Below, one piece after another: positions 53,558 through 62,901 of a DNA stretch of 64,000 nucleotides. A program made the position numbers and the translations under genes. Source of the DNA: Elusimicrobiota bacterium (GTDB lineage Bacteria > Elusimicrobiota > Elusimicrobia > Elusimicrobiales > UBA9959); NCBI GenBank assembly GCA_009773155.1, contig WOVA01000009.1:82-64081 (forward strand), in the 5' to 3' direction. Numbering within the stretch: position 1 is the first letter of the stretch; each line of letters begins with the position of its first letter. The notes under the pieces were generated by a model. The model was not told the origin of the DNA, made no database searches, and saw only the letters and a program-made list of their open reading frames with translations.

Positions 53558-55762
53558 CTACAACTTCAGCTTTCTGAGGCGCAGGGAGTTGACGACAACG
53601 GAAACGGAACTCATCGCCATGGCTCCCCCCGCGAAGTAAGGCGGTATCAACAGCCCCCAGACGGGATACAGGACGCCGGCGGCCAGGGGCACGAGCGCCG
53701 CGTTATAGGCGAAGGCCCAGACGAGGTTCTGCGTTATATTGCGCCTGATCGCTTTTGCGAGTTTTAAAGCCTGCGCCACGCCCGCTATGCCGTTGTGCAT
53801 GAGGGTGATGTCGCTGGCCTTGACGGCTATGTCCGCGCCTGACCTGAGGGCTATTCCTATGTCCGCTTCCGAAAGGGCGGCGGCATCGTTGAAACCGTCC
53901 CCCACAAACGCCACCTTCGCGCCCAGGGCTTTGTGGCGCATGATTATGCCGCTCTTCTCTTCCGGGAAGATCTCGGCGTAAAATTCTTCGATCCCCAGGG
54001 TCCCGGCCAGGGCCTCCACGGCGGCCCGCCTGTCGCCGGAAGCTATTACCGGCTTTATGCCCATAGCGGTCAGTCCGGCCACCAGCCCGGCGGCTTCCGG
54101 CCTGAGCGTGTCGGAAAGTTCGGCGTAGCCCCTGAAGATCCCGTTCTCCGCGAGCAGCAGCAGAGAGCCGGCGGAAGCCTTTATCTCCGCCGCCGCCTCG
54201 TCCGGCACCGGCACGCCAAGTTCGGCGAACCACTTGGCGCTGCCGGCCATGATCTCGCCGCCGCCAGCCTTCACTTTAATTCCCTTGCCCGGCACCGCTT
54301 CAACGGAGTCCGGTTTCCGATGGACAATATGGCGTTCCCGGGCGTATAGCCGCACCGCCTCGGCGAAGGGATGTTCGGAGCTCTCTTCCGCGCTCAGCAG
54401 GAGCGACAGGAACTGCGGCTCGCTTATCGCCCGCGGGCGCACGGCGGAGACTTTCATGCGCCCTTCCGTAAGCGTTCCGGTCTTGTCGAAGATGATAACG
54501 TCTATTTTCGGAATGCGTTCAAGCGCTTCCGCGTTATTGATCAGCATCCCGAGTTCCGCCGCCCGGCCGAAGCCCACGGACACCGCCATCGGCACCGCCA
54601 GGCCCATGGCGCAGGGGCAGGCCACGGCCAGTACCGCCGCGAAAACGCCGACGGCGCGCGGGAGGTCGGCGTAATGAAGCCACACTCCGCCCGCGCCAAG
54701 GGCCAGCAGGATAACGGCCGGCACGAAATACGACGAGATGCGGTCCACCAGCCGCTGCACGGAGTTCTTGCCCGCCTGGCTTTCTTCCACGGCCTTGATG
54801 ATCTTCATCAGCGCCATGTCCTCTCCCACGCCGGTGGCGGTGAACTCCAGCGCGCCGGTCTTGTTTATGGTCCCGGCGTAGAGCTTCGCCCCCGGCGCCT
54901 TGTCCTGCGGCACCGGCTCGCCGGTCAGCAGAGCCTCGTCCACGCTGGAGAAACCGCCGAGGACGGCGCCGTCCACCGGCACCTGCTCGCCGGGGCGCAG
55001 GCGTATGACGTCCCCGGGCAGAATGCTTTCCGCCGGCACCACTTCCTCGGCGCCGTCCTTAAGGCGCCTGGCGGTTTTCGGCGCTAATTTAAAAAGCCCG
55101 GACACGGCCTCCGCGGCTTTGCTTTTGGAGCGCGCCTCCAGCCAGCGTCCGAGGTTTATAAAAGTTATCAGCATGGCCACTTCATGCCATTGGGCGTGCT
55201 GGTGCGCGCCGGCGAGGCGCGGGAAGAAGGTTATGGCCAGACCGTAGAAAAATATGACGCTGGTGCTCAGGGAAACCAGCGTGTTCATGTCGGCGGTGCG
55301 GGCTTTAAGCGCCCGCAGCAGGCCTGCGTGGAAATGGGAGCCGCACCAGCCCCAGGCCAGGGCCGCCGCCGCCATGACCGTATACGGCGGCAGGTCCGCG
55401 GCGAGTTCCAGCAGTGTGTAGCCGGTCAGGGCCAGCGCGGCCAGGAATTTTACCCGGAACAGGCGTTTCTCCTCTTCCAGGCCGGCCGTGGCGATATTCT
55501 CCGCCTTGGCCGGCGACTCCAGGACGCCCAGGGCTTTATAGCCCAGTTCGGCTATCCGGTCCGCGAGCTGCGCCGGTCCGACCCCGGCGGGGTCGTATAG
55601 AATAAAGGCGGTTCTGGAGGGCAGGTTTACGGATACCCGTTTCATGCCCGGAACTTTTTCCAGGCCTGTTTCGATGCGGCTTACGCAGCTGGCGCAATGT
55701 ACGCCTTCGAGCGGGATCACCGCTTTTTTCAGGTTTTCTTCCGGGCTGACGAGGCGCTTCAT
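53558..55762 (-). CDS. copA: Copper-translocating P1B-type ATPase
   Basis: HMA HCASC, TGEP, CPCAMG, DKTGT, SEHP, GDGFND, YN and MAMSSVSV (P1B-1 signature). Confidence 0.93.
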   Translation of the reverse strand: MKRLVSPEENLKKAVIPLEGVHCASCVSRIETGLEKVPGMKRVSVNLPSRTAFILYDPAGVGPAQLADRIAELGYKALGVLESPAKAENIATAGLEEEKRLFRVKFLAALALTGYTLLELAADLPPYTVMAAAALAWGWCGSHFHAGLLRALKARTADMNTLVSLSTSVIFFYGLAITFFPRLAGAHQHAQWHEVAMLITFINLGRWLEARSKSKAAEAVSGLFKLAPKTARRLKDGAEEVVPAESILPGDVIRLRPGEQVPVDGAVLGGFSSVDEALLTGEPVPQDKAPGAKLYAGTINKTGALEFTATGVGEDMALMKIIKAVEESQAGKNSVQRLVDRISSYFVPAVILLALGAGGVWLHYADLPRAVGVFAAVLAVACPCAMGLAVPMAVSVGFGRAAELGMLINNAEALERIPKIDVIIFDKTGTLTEGRMKVSAVRPRAISEPQFLSLLLSAEESSEHPFAEAVRLYARERHIVHRKPDSVEAVPGKGIKVKAGGGEIMAGSAKWFAELGVPVPDEAAAEIKASAGSLLLLAENGIFRGYAELSDTLRPEAAGLVAGLTAMGIKPVIASGDRRAAVEALAGTLGIEEFYAEIFPEEKSGIIMRHKALGAKVAFVGDGFNDAAALSEADIGIALRSGADIAVKASDITLMHNGIAGVAQALKLAKAIRRNITQNLVWAFAYNAALVPLAAGVLYPVWGLLIPPYFAGGAMAMSSVSVVVNSLRLRKLKL

Positions 55763-55787
55763 AAATTGATTCCCGCTCCCTCTCTGG

Positions 55788-58700
55788 TCAAGTATACTGC
55801 CGCATCTCGTCGGACGCCCCTGTTTCGCGCTTCTTCCACAGGTAGAACACCACCGGGTAGACCAGCAGTTCAAGCGCGAAGCTGGTGAACAGGCCGCCTA
55901 TCATCGGCGCGGCTATGCGCTTCATCACGTCGGCCCCCGTGCCCAGCGACCACATTATGGGGATAAGTCCCATGAAGGCGGTCATCACGGTCATCATCTT
56001 GGGCCGCACGCGCTTGACCGCGCCGTGCACGACGGCTTCCTGGAGGTTTTTCAGCGTGAACGGGCGCCCGCTCTTGCGGAGTTCCTCGTAAGCGAGGTCC
56101 AGGTAGAGCAGCATGAACATGCCGGTCTCGGCGTCTAGGCCCATCAGGGCGATCATGCCCACCCAGACCGCTATCGACATGTTATAGTCGAGCAGCCAGA
56201 CGAACCACACGGCCCCGATGAGCGAGAACGGCACGGCCAGCAGGACGATGCCGGTCTTGACCGCCGACTTCGTGTTCATGTAGATCAGCAGGCAGATAAG
56301 GAAGAGAGTGAGCGGCAGCACGAACGTCAGGCGCTCGCGCACGCGGAGCATGTTCTCGTACTGCCCGCTCCATTGCAGCGAATATCCCGGCGGCAGCTTC
56401 ACGTGGCCGGCCACCATGCGCTTGGCGTTCTTCACGTAGGTCCCCACGTCCACGCCCGCGATGTCCACGTAGACGTAGCCGGAGAGCAGGCCGTTCTCGT
56501 TGCGTATCATCGCGGGGCCCGAGCGGAAGACGATGTCGGCCAGCTGGCCCAGCGGCACGTTCACCCCGTTCTCCGCCGTAACCAGCACGCGCCTGAGCTT
56601 GTCGACGTCGTCGCGGAAATCCCGGGCGTAGCGCACGTTGACGGAGTAGCGCTCCCGGCCCTCCACCGTGGTGGTCAGGTTCTGGCCGCCGATGGCGGTC
56701 ATCAGCGCCATCTGCGCCTCTTTCACGGTAAGGCCGTAGCGGGCGAGCTGGTCGCGCCGCAGCTCGAAGTCGAGGAAGTAGCCGCCGGCGGTGCGCTCGG
56801 CGTAGACGCTGCGGGTGCCCTTGACCTGGCGCACGATCCGCTCCACCTCCAGGCCGGTCTCCTCTATGGTCTTGAGGTCCGAGCCGAAGATCTTGATGCC
56901 CACGGGGGTGCGCACGCCGGTGCTGAGCATGTCGATGCGGGCTTTTATCGGCATGGTCCAGGCGTTGGATACCCCGGGGAACCGCATTTTCGAATCTATT
57001 TCGTCTATCAGTTCGTCCCAGGTCATCCTGTCGTACCAGACCCGGCGCAGCGCCGCTTTAAGGAACTCCGGCGCCCAGGACGAGTACCAGCGGTCCTTGC
57101 CGCGCCACTGGTCCATCGGCTTGAGCACCGCGACCGTCTCCATCATCGAGAACGGCGCGGGGTCGGTGGAGGTGTCCGCGCGGCCCGCCTTGCCGTGGAC
57201 GCGCTCCACTTCCGGGATGGATTTGAGTATCCTGTCCTGCGCCTGCATAAGCCGCTGCGCCTCGGTGATCGAGATGCCGGGCAGGGTGGTCGGCATATAG
57301 AGGATAGTGCCTTCGTTGAGCGGGGGCATGAACTCGGAGCCGATCTTAAGATAGACGGGTATAGTGGTGAGCACCAGGACCAGCGCTCCCGCCAGCACCT
57401 TTCGCGGGTGTTCCAGCGTCCAGCGGCAGACGGGCTCGTAGACCCTGAAGAGCCGCCGCGAGACCGGGTGCTTTTCCTCGGGATAATATTTCCCTACGGT
57501 GACGGCGTTGACCAGGCCGGAGAGCCAGGCCGGACGGAAATGGACATAGTCCATGCGGGTGAACATCATGCGCAGCGCCGGGTCCAGCGTTATGGCCAGT
57601 ATGGCGGCGACGAACATCGTCAGGTTCTTGGTGTAGGCCAGCGGCTTGAAGAGGCGGCCTTCCTGGTCCACAAGGGTGAAGATCGGCAGGAAAGCCACGG
57701 CTATCACCAGCAGGGCGTAGAAGACCGACGGGCCCACCTCCTGCAGCGCCTCCAGGCGCACGGCGTGGAAGTCGCCTTTGCGCCCCCCGGCCTCCCAGTG
57801 TTCCAGTTTCTTGTAGGCGTTCTCCACCTCGACTATGGCGCCGTCCACCAGCACGCCTATGGAGATGGCTATGCCGGCCAGCGACATGATGTTGGAACTG
57901 ATGCCGGCCAGGTACATCGGGATGAAGGCCAGCAGGACCGCCACCGGGATGGTCACGATGGGTATTATCGCCGAGGGGATGTGCCAGAGGAAGAAAAGTA
58001 TGACAAGGCTGACTATTATCATCTCCACCGTGAGCTGGCTTTTGAGCGTGGCGATGGCGCGCTTGATGAGGTCGGAGCGGTCGTACGTGGTCAGTATCTC
58101 CATCCCTTCCGGCAGCGAGGTCTTTATTTCCTCCAGGCGTTCCTTGACGCGCTCTATCACGGTGAGCGCGTTCTCGCCGTGGCGCATGACCACTATGCCG
58201 CCCACGGCGTCCCCCTCGCCGTCGAGGTCCCCGAGGCCGCGGCGCATTTCCGGCGCGGCCGTCACCTTCGCCACGCTTTTGACCAGGACGGGGGTGCCGC
58301 CGGGGCCGCGGGCGGCCACCACTATCTCCTCTATGTCCCTTATGGATTTGGCGTAGCCCCTGCCGCGGATCATGTACTCGGCGCCGGCGTACTCTATCAG
58401 GCGGGCGCCGGTCTCCTCGTTCCCCTCCTGTACGGCCTTCATGACCGCGCCGATCGAAATTCCGTGGGCGGCCAGCGCGTCCGGATCGAGGTTGACCTGG
58501 TACTGCTTCTGGAAGCCGCCGAAAGCCGCCACCTCGGCCACGCCCGGCACCGACTGCAGCTGGTAGCGCAGGTTCCAGTCCTGGAAGGAACGCAGTTCGG
58601 CCAGGTCGTGGCGGCCGGTCCTGTCCACGAGGGCGTACTGGTAGATCCAGCCCACGCCGGTGGCGTCGGGGCCCAGCTCGGTCCTGACGCCGTCGGGCAG

Positions 58701-59057
58701 CTGCGGCAGGATCTTGCTGAGGTATTCCAGCACGCGCGAGCGCGCCCAGTAGATGTCGGTGCCGTCCTCGAAGATGACGTAGACGTAGGAGAAGCCGAAA
58801 TCGGAGAAGCCGCGGATGGTCTTCACGCCGGGCAGGCCGAGCAGGGAGGCAATGACCGGGTAGGTGACCTGGTCCTCGATGACGTCCGGCGAGCGGTCCC
58901 ACCGGGAGTAGACGATGACCTGCGTGTCGGAGAGGTCCGGTATGGCGTCGAGACTGATGTTCTTTACGGAGTAGACGCCCGCCGCGACCGCGGCCAGCGC
59001 TATTATCAGCACCAGTACCCGGTTATTGGCGGAGAAAGATATGATGTTCCGTATCAT
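55788..59057 (-). CDS. cusA: Heavy-metal efflux RND permease, CusA type
   Basis: DAIPDLSDTQV, YWARSRVLE, GPDATGVG, YMPTTLPG, PFSMMET, PIKARIDML and RIAAPMIGG. Confidence 0.94.
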   Translation of the reverse strand: MIRNIISFSANNRVLVLIIALAAVAAGVYSVKNISLDAIPDLSDTQVIVYSRWDRSPDVIEDQVTYPVIASLLGLPGVKTIRGFSDFGFSYVYVIFEDGTDIYWARSRVLEYLSKILPQLPDGVRTELGPDATGVGWIYQYALVDRTGRHDLAELRSFQDWNLRYQLQSVPGVAEVAAFGGFQKQYQVNLDPDALAAHGISIGAVMKAVQEGNEETGARLIEYAGAEYMIRGRGYAKSIRDIEEIVVAARGPGGTPVLVKSVAKVTAAPEMRRGLGDLDGEGDAVGGIVVMRHGENALTVIERVKERLEEIKTSLPEGMEILTTYDRSDLIKRAIATLKSQLTVEMIIVSLVILFFLWHIPSAIIPIVTIPVAVLLAFIPMYLAGISSNIMSLAGIAISIGVLVDGAIVEVENAYKKLEHWEAGGRKGDFHAVRLEALQEVGPSVFYALLVIAVAFLPIFTLVDQEGRLFKPLAYTKNLTMFVAAILAITLDPALRMMFTRMDYVHFRPAWLSGLVNAVTVGKYYPEEKHPVSRRLFRVYEPVCRWTLEHPRKVLAGALVLVLTTIPVYLKIGSEFMPPLNEGTILYMPTTLPGISITEAQRLMQAQDRILKSIPEVERVHGKAGRADTSTDPAPFSMMETVAVLKPMDQWRGKDRWYSSWAPEFLKAALRRVWYDRMTWDELIDEIDSKMRFPGVSNAWTMPIKARIDMLSTGVRTPVGIKIFGSDLKTIEETGLEVERIVRQVKGTRSVYAERTAGGYFLDFELRRDQLARYGLTVKEAQMALMTAIGGQNLTTTVEGRERYSVNVRYARDFRDDVDKLRRVLVTAENGVNVPLGQLADIVFRSGPAMIRNENGLLSGYVYVDIAGVDVGTYVKNAKRMVAGHVKLPPGYSLQWSGQYENMLRVRERLTFVLPLTLFLICLLIYMNTKSAVKTGIVLLAVPFSLIGAVWFVWLLDYNMSIAVWVGMIALMGLDAETGMFMLLYLDLAYEELRKSGRPFTLKNLQEAVVHGAVKRVRPKMMTVMTAFMGLIPIMWSLGTGADVMKRIAAPMIGGLFTSFALELLVYPVVFYLWKKRETGASDEMRQYT

Positions 59058-59064
59058 AAGCCTG

Positions 59065-60210
59065 TCAGTCCCCCAGGGCCGCCCGCATCCTGGACTCCGA
59101 GTCTATCAGGAAGTTGGCCGAGGTCACTACCTTCTCTCCGGCGGAGACGCCCGAGCGCACCTCCACGTAGTCCCCGCCCCGCCTGCCGGTGCGGACCTCG
59201 CGCGGCTCGAAGACGCCGCCGTCCTTCATAACGAAGACCAGCTCCTTCTCGCCCGTGTCGAGCACGGCGCCGGCGGGCACCGTCAGCGCCGTGCCGAGGC
59301 CGGCCTCTATGCGGACCTCCACGTACATCTCCGGGCGCAGTTCCAGGGCCGGGTTCTCCGTTTCTATCCTGGCGCGCAGGGTGCGCGTCTCCCCGGAAAG
59401 TACCGGGTCCAGCGAGCGCACGACGCCGTAAAAATCCCTGCCCGGCCAGGCGCGGGACCGTATGGCGGCCTTCTGGCCCGGCTTCACGGCCGCGGAGTCG
59501 TATTCGTAGACCTGCGCGTAAACCCAGGCCCGCTCGCGCGGCAGCAGCAGGTTCTCGAAACTCGCGGAGTCCCCTTCGGCCTCCGCCAGCTGGCCTTCGT
59601 CGAGGCCGAGCTGCAGCAGCCGCAGCCTGGCGGCGTCAGCCAGCGCGGCCGCCCGTTCCCTGGCGTCCGGCCAGCCGCTCCGCTTCATGCGGTCGCGCGC
59701 GGCCGCGGCCTCGCGGTATTCGGTCACGGCGCTGTAGAGAGCGGGATCGTACGCGACCTTTCCGGTGGCGCTGATCGTCCTGGCCAGGCCGCGCCAGGCG
59801 GCGACGCCGGTCTTGAGGCCTATCAGCTGCTGTTTTTCCGGCGTGAGCGTGACCATGCCGTGCCCCGGAACCTGCGACTTGCGCTCCCCGCCGGCCGCGG
59901 CTTCCTTTTTGACGAGGTGCATGTTGCAGATCGGGCAGTCGCCCGGCCTGTCCGAGGTAACGTCCGGGTGCATCGGGCAGTAGTACAGATCCGCCGGCGG
60001 CGCGGGAGCCTCTTTCTTTACCAGATGCATATTGCAGATCGGGCAGTCTCCCGGACTGTCGGAGGTGACGTCCGGGTGCATCGGGCAGTAGTACAGTTCG
60101 GCCTGCGTGTGAGCGCGGCCGCCGTCGTAGTGCTTCCAGGCGGCGTAGCCGCCTCCGAGCAGCAGCGCCGCTCCCAGCGCGGCGGCGGCGAGTCTTGACC
60201 TGGAAATCAT
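59065..60210 (-). CDS. cusB: RND periplasmic adaptor, CusB type, with two heavy-metal-binding domains
   Basis: Two YYCPMHP...CPICNMHL units, ETRTLRAR, LRPEMY and ANFLIDSES. Confidence 0.88.
   Translation of the reverse strand: MISRSRLAAAALGAALLLGGGYAAWKHYDGGRAHTQAELYYCPMHPDVTSDSPGDCPICNMHLVKKEAPAPPADLYYCPMHPDVTSDRPGDCPICNMHLVKKEAAAGGERKSQVPGHGMVTLTPEKQQLIGLKTGVAAWRGLARTISATGKVAYDPALYSAVTEYREAAAARDRMKRSGWPDARERAAALADAARLRLLQLGLDEGQLAEAEGDSASFENLLLPRERAWVYAQVYEYDSAAVKPGQKAAIRSRAWPGRDFYGVVRSLDPVLSGETRTLRARIETENPALELRPEMYVEVRIEAGLGTALTVPAGAVLDTGEKELVFVMKDGGVFEPREVRTGRRGGDYVEVRSGVSAGEKVVTSANFLIDSESRMRAALGD
59900..60096 (-). repeat. Tandem duplication (108-bp period) encoding two HMBD units in cusB
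   Basis: Near-identical units at about 59900-59988 and 60008-60096 (LYYCPMHPDVTSDxPGDCPICNMHLVKKEA). Confidence 0.85.
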
Positions 60211-61430
60211 AAGCCTTCTCCTGTTATGGACATTTTGCGGGCCCGCCAATAGGCGTACTCGGCCCGGGACCGGTAAGATTCGCGTTGTACTTCCAGCAGC
60301 GCGCGGCCGGCCTCGATGAGTTCGAGGAAAGATGTCTGCCCGGCCTCGTAAGAAGTCCGGGATGCCTTGAGCGCCTGTTCGGCCTGCAGGACGGCGGAGT
60401 CATAGATATGGATGAGGTTGGCGCAGCAGTCCAGCTCCAGCACCGCGGACTTGAGCTCCAGCAGCAGCGCGTTGCGGGCGGCGTTGTATTCCGCCTCGGC
60501 CATGGCCCGCTCCGCCTTGGCCTCCCGCAGTTCCGCCTTGTTGCGGCCGAACCATAAGGGCAAGGTCAACCCCAGCGACATGTCGTAAGTGCCGTCCATC
60601 GCGGCGCTGTCGGCGGAGCGGCGCCGCAGCCCCACCATGAAGTCCGGCGCGTAGCCGGCCTTGGCCCGCGTCACTTTGCTGTCGTAAGCCCCGACCCTGG
60701 CCCTGAGCGCCTTGAGCAGGGGATTGTCGGCCAGCGCCGCCGCTTCCAGGGCGGCGTAATCGGCGGGTTCCGGCGAGAAATCCTCCTCCTCCGGAGCGCC
60801 GACGGCGGCGGCCGGCGGGCGGTTGCGCAGCGCGTTGAGCCGCGCCGCCGCGATTCCCTTTTTCTGTGTCGCTTCCAGCAGCAGTCCCTGCGCCTTTGAA
60901 AGCTCGACCTGCGCTTTCAGCGCGTCGGCCTGGGAGCCCCGCCCGGCCGCGTAGCGGCTTTCGGCGGCCCGCGCGAAGCCGCGCAGGAGCTCCAGGTTCT
61001 CCGTGTAAAGGCGCTCTGTGCGGGTCGACAGCAGGTAGTTGTGAAAGGCTTCCACCGCCTCCGCCAGCACCTTGTTGGCGCGTTCCCCGGAGAGCCCCTT
61101 GTAATATGAGCTTTCGCCCAGCGCGGCGTTCCTCGCCAGCCGGGACTTGTAGGGATTCCTGAATTCCTGCCGCACGGCGATCGTCCGCTCCGCGGCGCCG
61201 GCCCCCAGCGGGCCGTCGGCGTACATGCGCTCGAATTCAAGGACAGGGTCCATCGGCAGCCAGGACTGGCGTACCCGGGCGGCGGCGGCTTTTGAGAGGC
61301 CGGCCGCGGCGGCTATCTCCGGGTTGGCGGCCCTGACCTCCTCCAGGAACGACTGGAGGGCAAGGCGCGGCCCCTCCCCAGCGCAGAGTGTTGGCGTTAA
61401 AAATAAAAAAAACGCGACGATCGGTTTCAT
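60207..61430 (-). CDS. TolC/CusC family outer-membrane efflux protein
   Basis: Signal peptide; ANPEI, RYAAG...D.LKAQ, LTLPLW and YEAGQTSFLELI. Confidence 0.9.
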   Translation of the reverse strand: MKPIVAFFLFLTPTLCAGEGPRLALQSFLEEVRAANPEIAAAAGLSKAAAARVRQSWLPMDPVLEFERMYADGPLGAGAAERTIAVRQEFRNPYKSRLARNAALGESSYYKGLSGERANKVLAEAVEAFHNYLLSTRTERLYTENLELLRGFARAAESRYAAGRGSQADALKAQVELSKAQGLLLEATQKKGIAAARLNALRNRPPAAAVGAPEEEDFSPEPADYAALEAAALADNPLLKALRARVGAYDSKVTRAKAGYAPDFMVGLRRRSADSAAMDGTYDMSLGLTLPLWFGRNKAELREAKAERAMAEAEYNAARNALLLELKSAVLELDCCANLIHIYDSAVLQAEQALKASRTSYEAGQTSFLELIEAGRALLEVQRESYRSRAEYAYWRARKMSITGEGL

Positions 61431-61437
61431 AACTCCC

Positions 61438-61689
61438 TCATCTCAGCCTGGCCGCCAGGGCGTTGAGCCCGGGCAGATGGTAAAGCACGACTCCGGCCAG
61501 CACCAGCAGGTAGGCGAGACCGGTCAGGACAGCGGCCTTCGCGAGCTTCCGTCCCCGGTCCGTGATGGACGGGTCTTTAAGCGCCAGCACGCCGAAGGCC
61601 ACTGCCATAGCGGCTTTCTCCACCCCGAAAAAATGAATAAAAGAGAATACCCCCATTGTAAGGGCGGCCAGGGCCAGTTTAGTGGACAT
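61438..61689 (-). CDS. Small membrane protein
   Basis: MSTKLALAALTMGVFSFIHFFGVEKA...; start overlaps the anti-sigma stop; 3 hydrophobic segments. Confidence 0.65.
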   Translation of the reverse strand: MSTKLALAALTMGVFSFIHFFGVEKAAMAVAFGVLALKDPSITDRGRKLAKAAVLTGLAYLLVLAGVVLYHLPGLNALAARLR

Positions 61690-62221
61690 AAGTTTTCTCC
61701 ATAGCGCAGGACTTGCACGGGCAAAGATGGCCCTTCCCGGCTTCGCGCATGCAGCCGCACAGATAGGCGGAGCATTCGTTGCAGAGCCTGGCCACCGCCA
61801 CGGGGTTGATGATGCTGGAGGGCCGGAGCATCTGCGCCACGGTCTTTTTCGCCAGTTCCCCGCGCTGAACGCTTTCAAGGGCGCCGGCGTTGAGCGCGAA
61901 AGTAAGGGCGTTGAGCAGTATGAACGCCGAGAGCGCGACGGCGGCGGGGGCCGGCAGCCGCAGGAAGCGCAGCAGGGAGGACCGTTCCCGCTCCAGCGCC
62001 GCGGCGGCCGCGGCTACTCGCGCGGCGAAGAAAGGAGGCGGCTCCGCGGCCGGCAGGGCCCGCAGGCCGCTTTCGGCCGTCCGCATCCGGTCAAGGGCGG
62101 CGGCGCAGGAGGGGCAGCCTTTGAGATGTTCTTCCAGCCGGCCCGCTCCGGCCGGTGTAAGCTCGCCGTCCATATAGGCCGACAGGTTCCGCAGGTGTCC
62201 GCAGTTTTTCTGGTCGGGCAT
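61679..62221 (-). CDS. Zinc-finger (HxxxCxxC) anti-sigma factor with a Cys-rich C-terminal domain
   Basis: LSAYMDGEL...HLKGCPSC, one TM segment and C-terminal CNEC...CGC...CPCKSC. Confidence 0.85.
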   Translation of the reverse strand: MPDQKNCGHLRNLSAYMDGELTPAGAGRLEEHLKGCPSCAAALDRMRTAESGLRALPAAEPPPFFAARVAAAAAALERERSSLLRFLRLPAPAAVALSAFILLNALTFALNAGALESVQRGELAKKTVAQMLRPSSIINPVAVARLCNECSAYLCGCMREAGKGHLCPCKSCAMEKTYVH

Positions 62222-62271
62222 AGATTTGTCCTCTACGCCTTTCAACGCAGGAACGGCCGGAAACTTGCGGC

Positions 62272-62850
62272 CTATCTTTTGAGTTTTTTCGCCAGGGTCT
62301 GCCTGGCGCGGAAAAGAAGCGATTCTACCGAAGGAACTGTTAGGTTCATTATCTCGGCTATCTCCGCGTAGGAGCGGTCCTCGTAGACCCGCAGAAGAAT
62401 GGCGGTGCGCTGCGAATCCGGCAGGGCGCCCAGCGCCGCGGCCGCCGCCTCTTCGCCCTGGGCCTTCTCCATAAGCTGTTCGGGCGAAGCGTCGCCCGCG
62501 GGGTCAAGGCCGCGCTCCGACGCGGCGTCCAGGCTGGAGACGGGAGCGCGGGCGTACCGGGAGGCGGCGCGCCTGCCGCTGTCGACGGCCAGGTTGTAGG
62601 CGAAGCGGAAGATAATGGTGGAGAGGGCGGCCCTGGGTTCCAGGGCGGGCGAAGCCCGGTAAAGGCGGAGGAAGGTTTCCTGCGCCAGGTCCTCGGCCGT
62701 CCCGCGGTCGCGTGTGTAGCGGTAGAGGAAATTTATCAGCCTGCCGGCATACTTCTCCACGATGCGCGCGAAGGCGGACTCGTCGCCTCCGTTGAAGGCG
62801 GCGATCAGGTCGAAATCCTCCGGCAGGTCCGGCTTCCGCTCTTCGCTCAT
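62272..62850 (-). CDS. ECF RNA polymerase sigma factor
   Basis: AEDLAQETFLR and LPDSQR...SYAEIAEIM...SVESLLFRAR. Confidence 0.93.
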   Translation of the reverse strand: MSEERKPDLPEDFDLIAAFNGGDESAFARIVEKYAGRLINFLYRYTRDRGTAEDLAQETFLRLYRASPALEPRAALSTIIFRFAYNLAVDSGRRAASRYARAPVSSLDAASERGLDPAGDASPEQLMEKAQGEEAAAAALGALPDSQRTAILLRVYEDRSYAEIAEIMNLTVPSVESLLFRARQTLAKKLKR

Positions 62851-62901
62851 TAGACTATTCTACTTTATCGGGCCGCCGACCGAGGCCGTTGGTTCGGCCG
62901 C

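Noticed and set aside
56373-59231. 952-aa plus-strand ORF
   Set aside because: Antisense shadow of cusA caused by high-GC codon bias; no recognisable motifs.
46999-62850. Metal-resistance cluster as a mobile element
   Set aside because: No transposase, integrase or terminal repeats were seen, composition looks similar to the flanks, and the left end is coupled to hisS.
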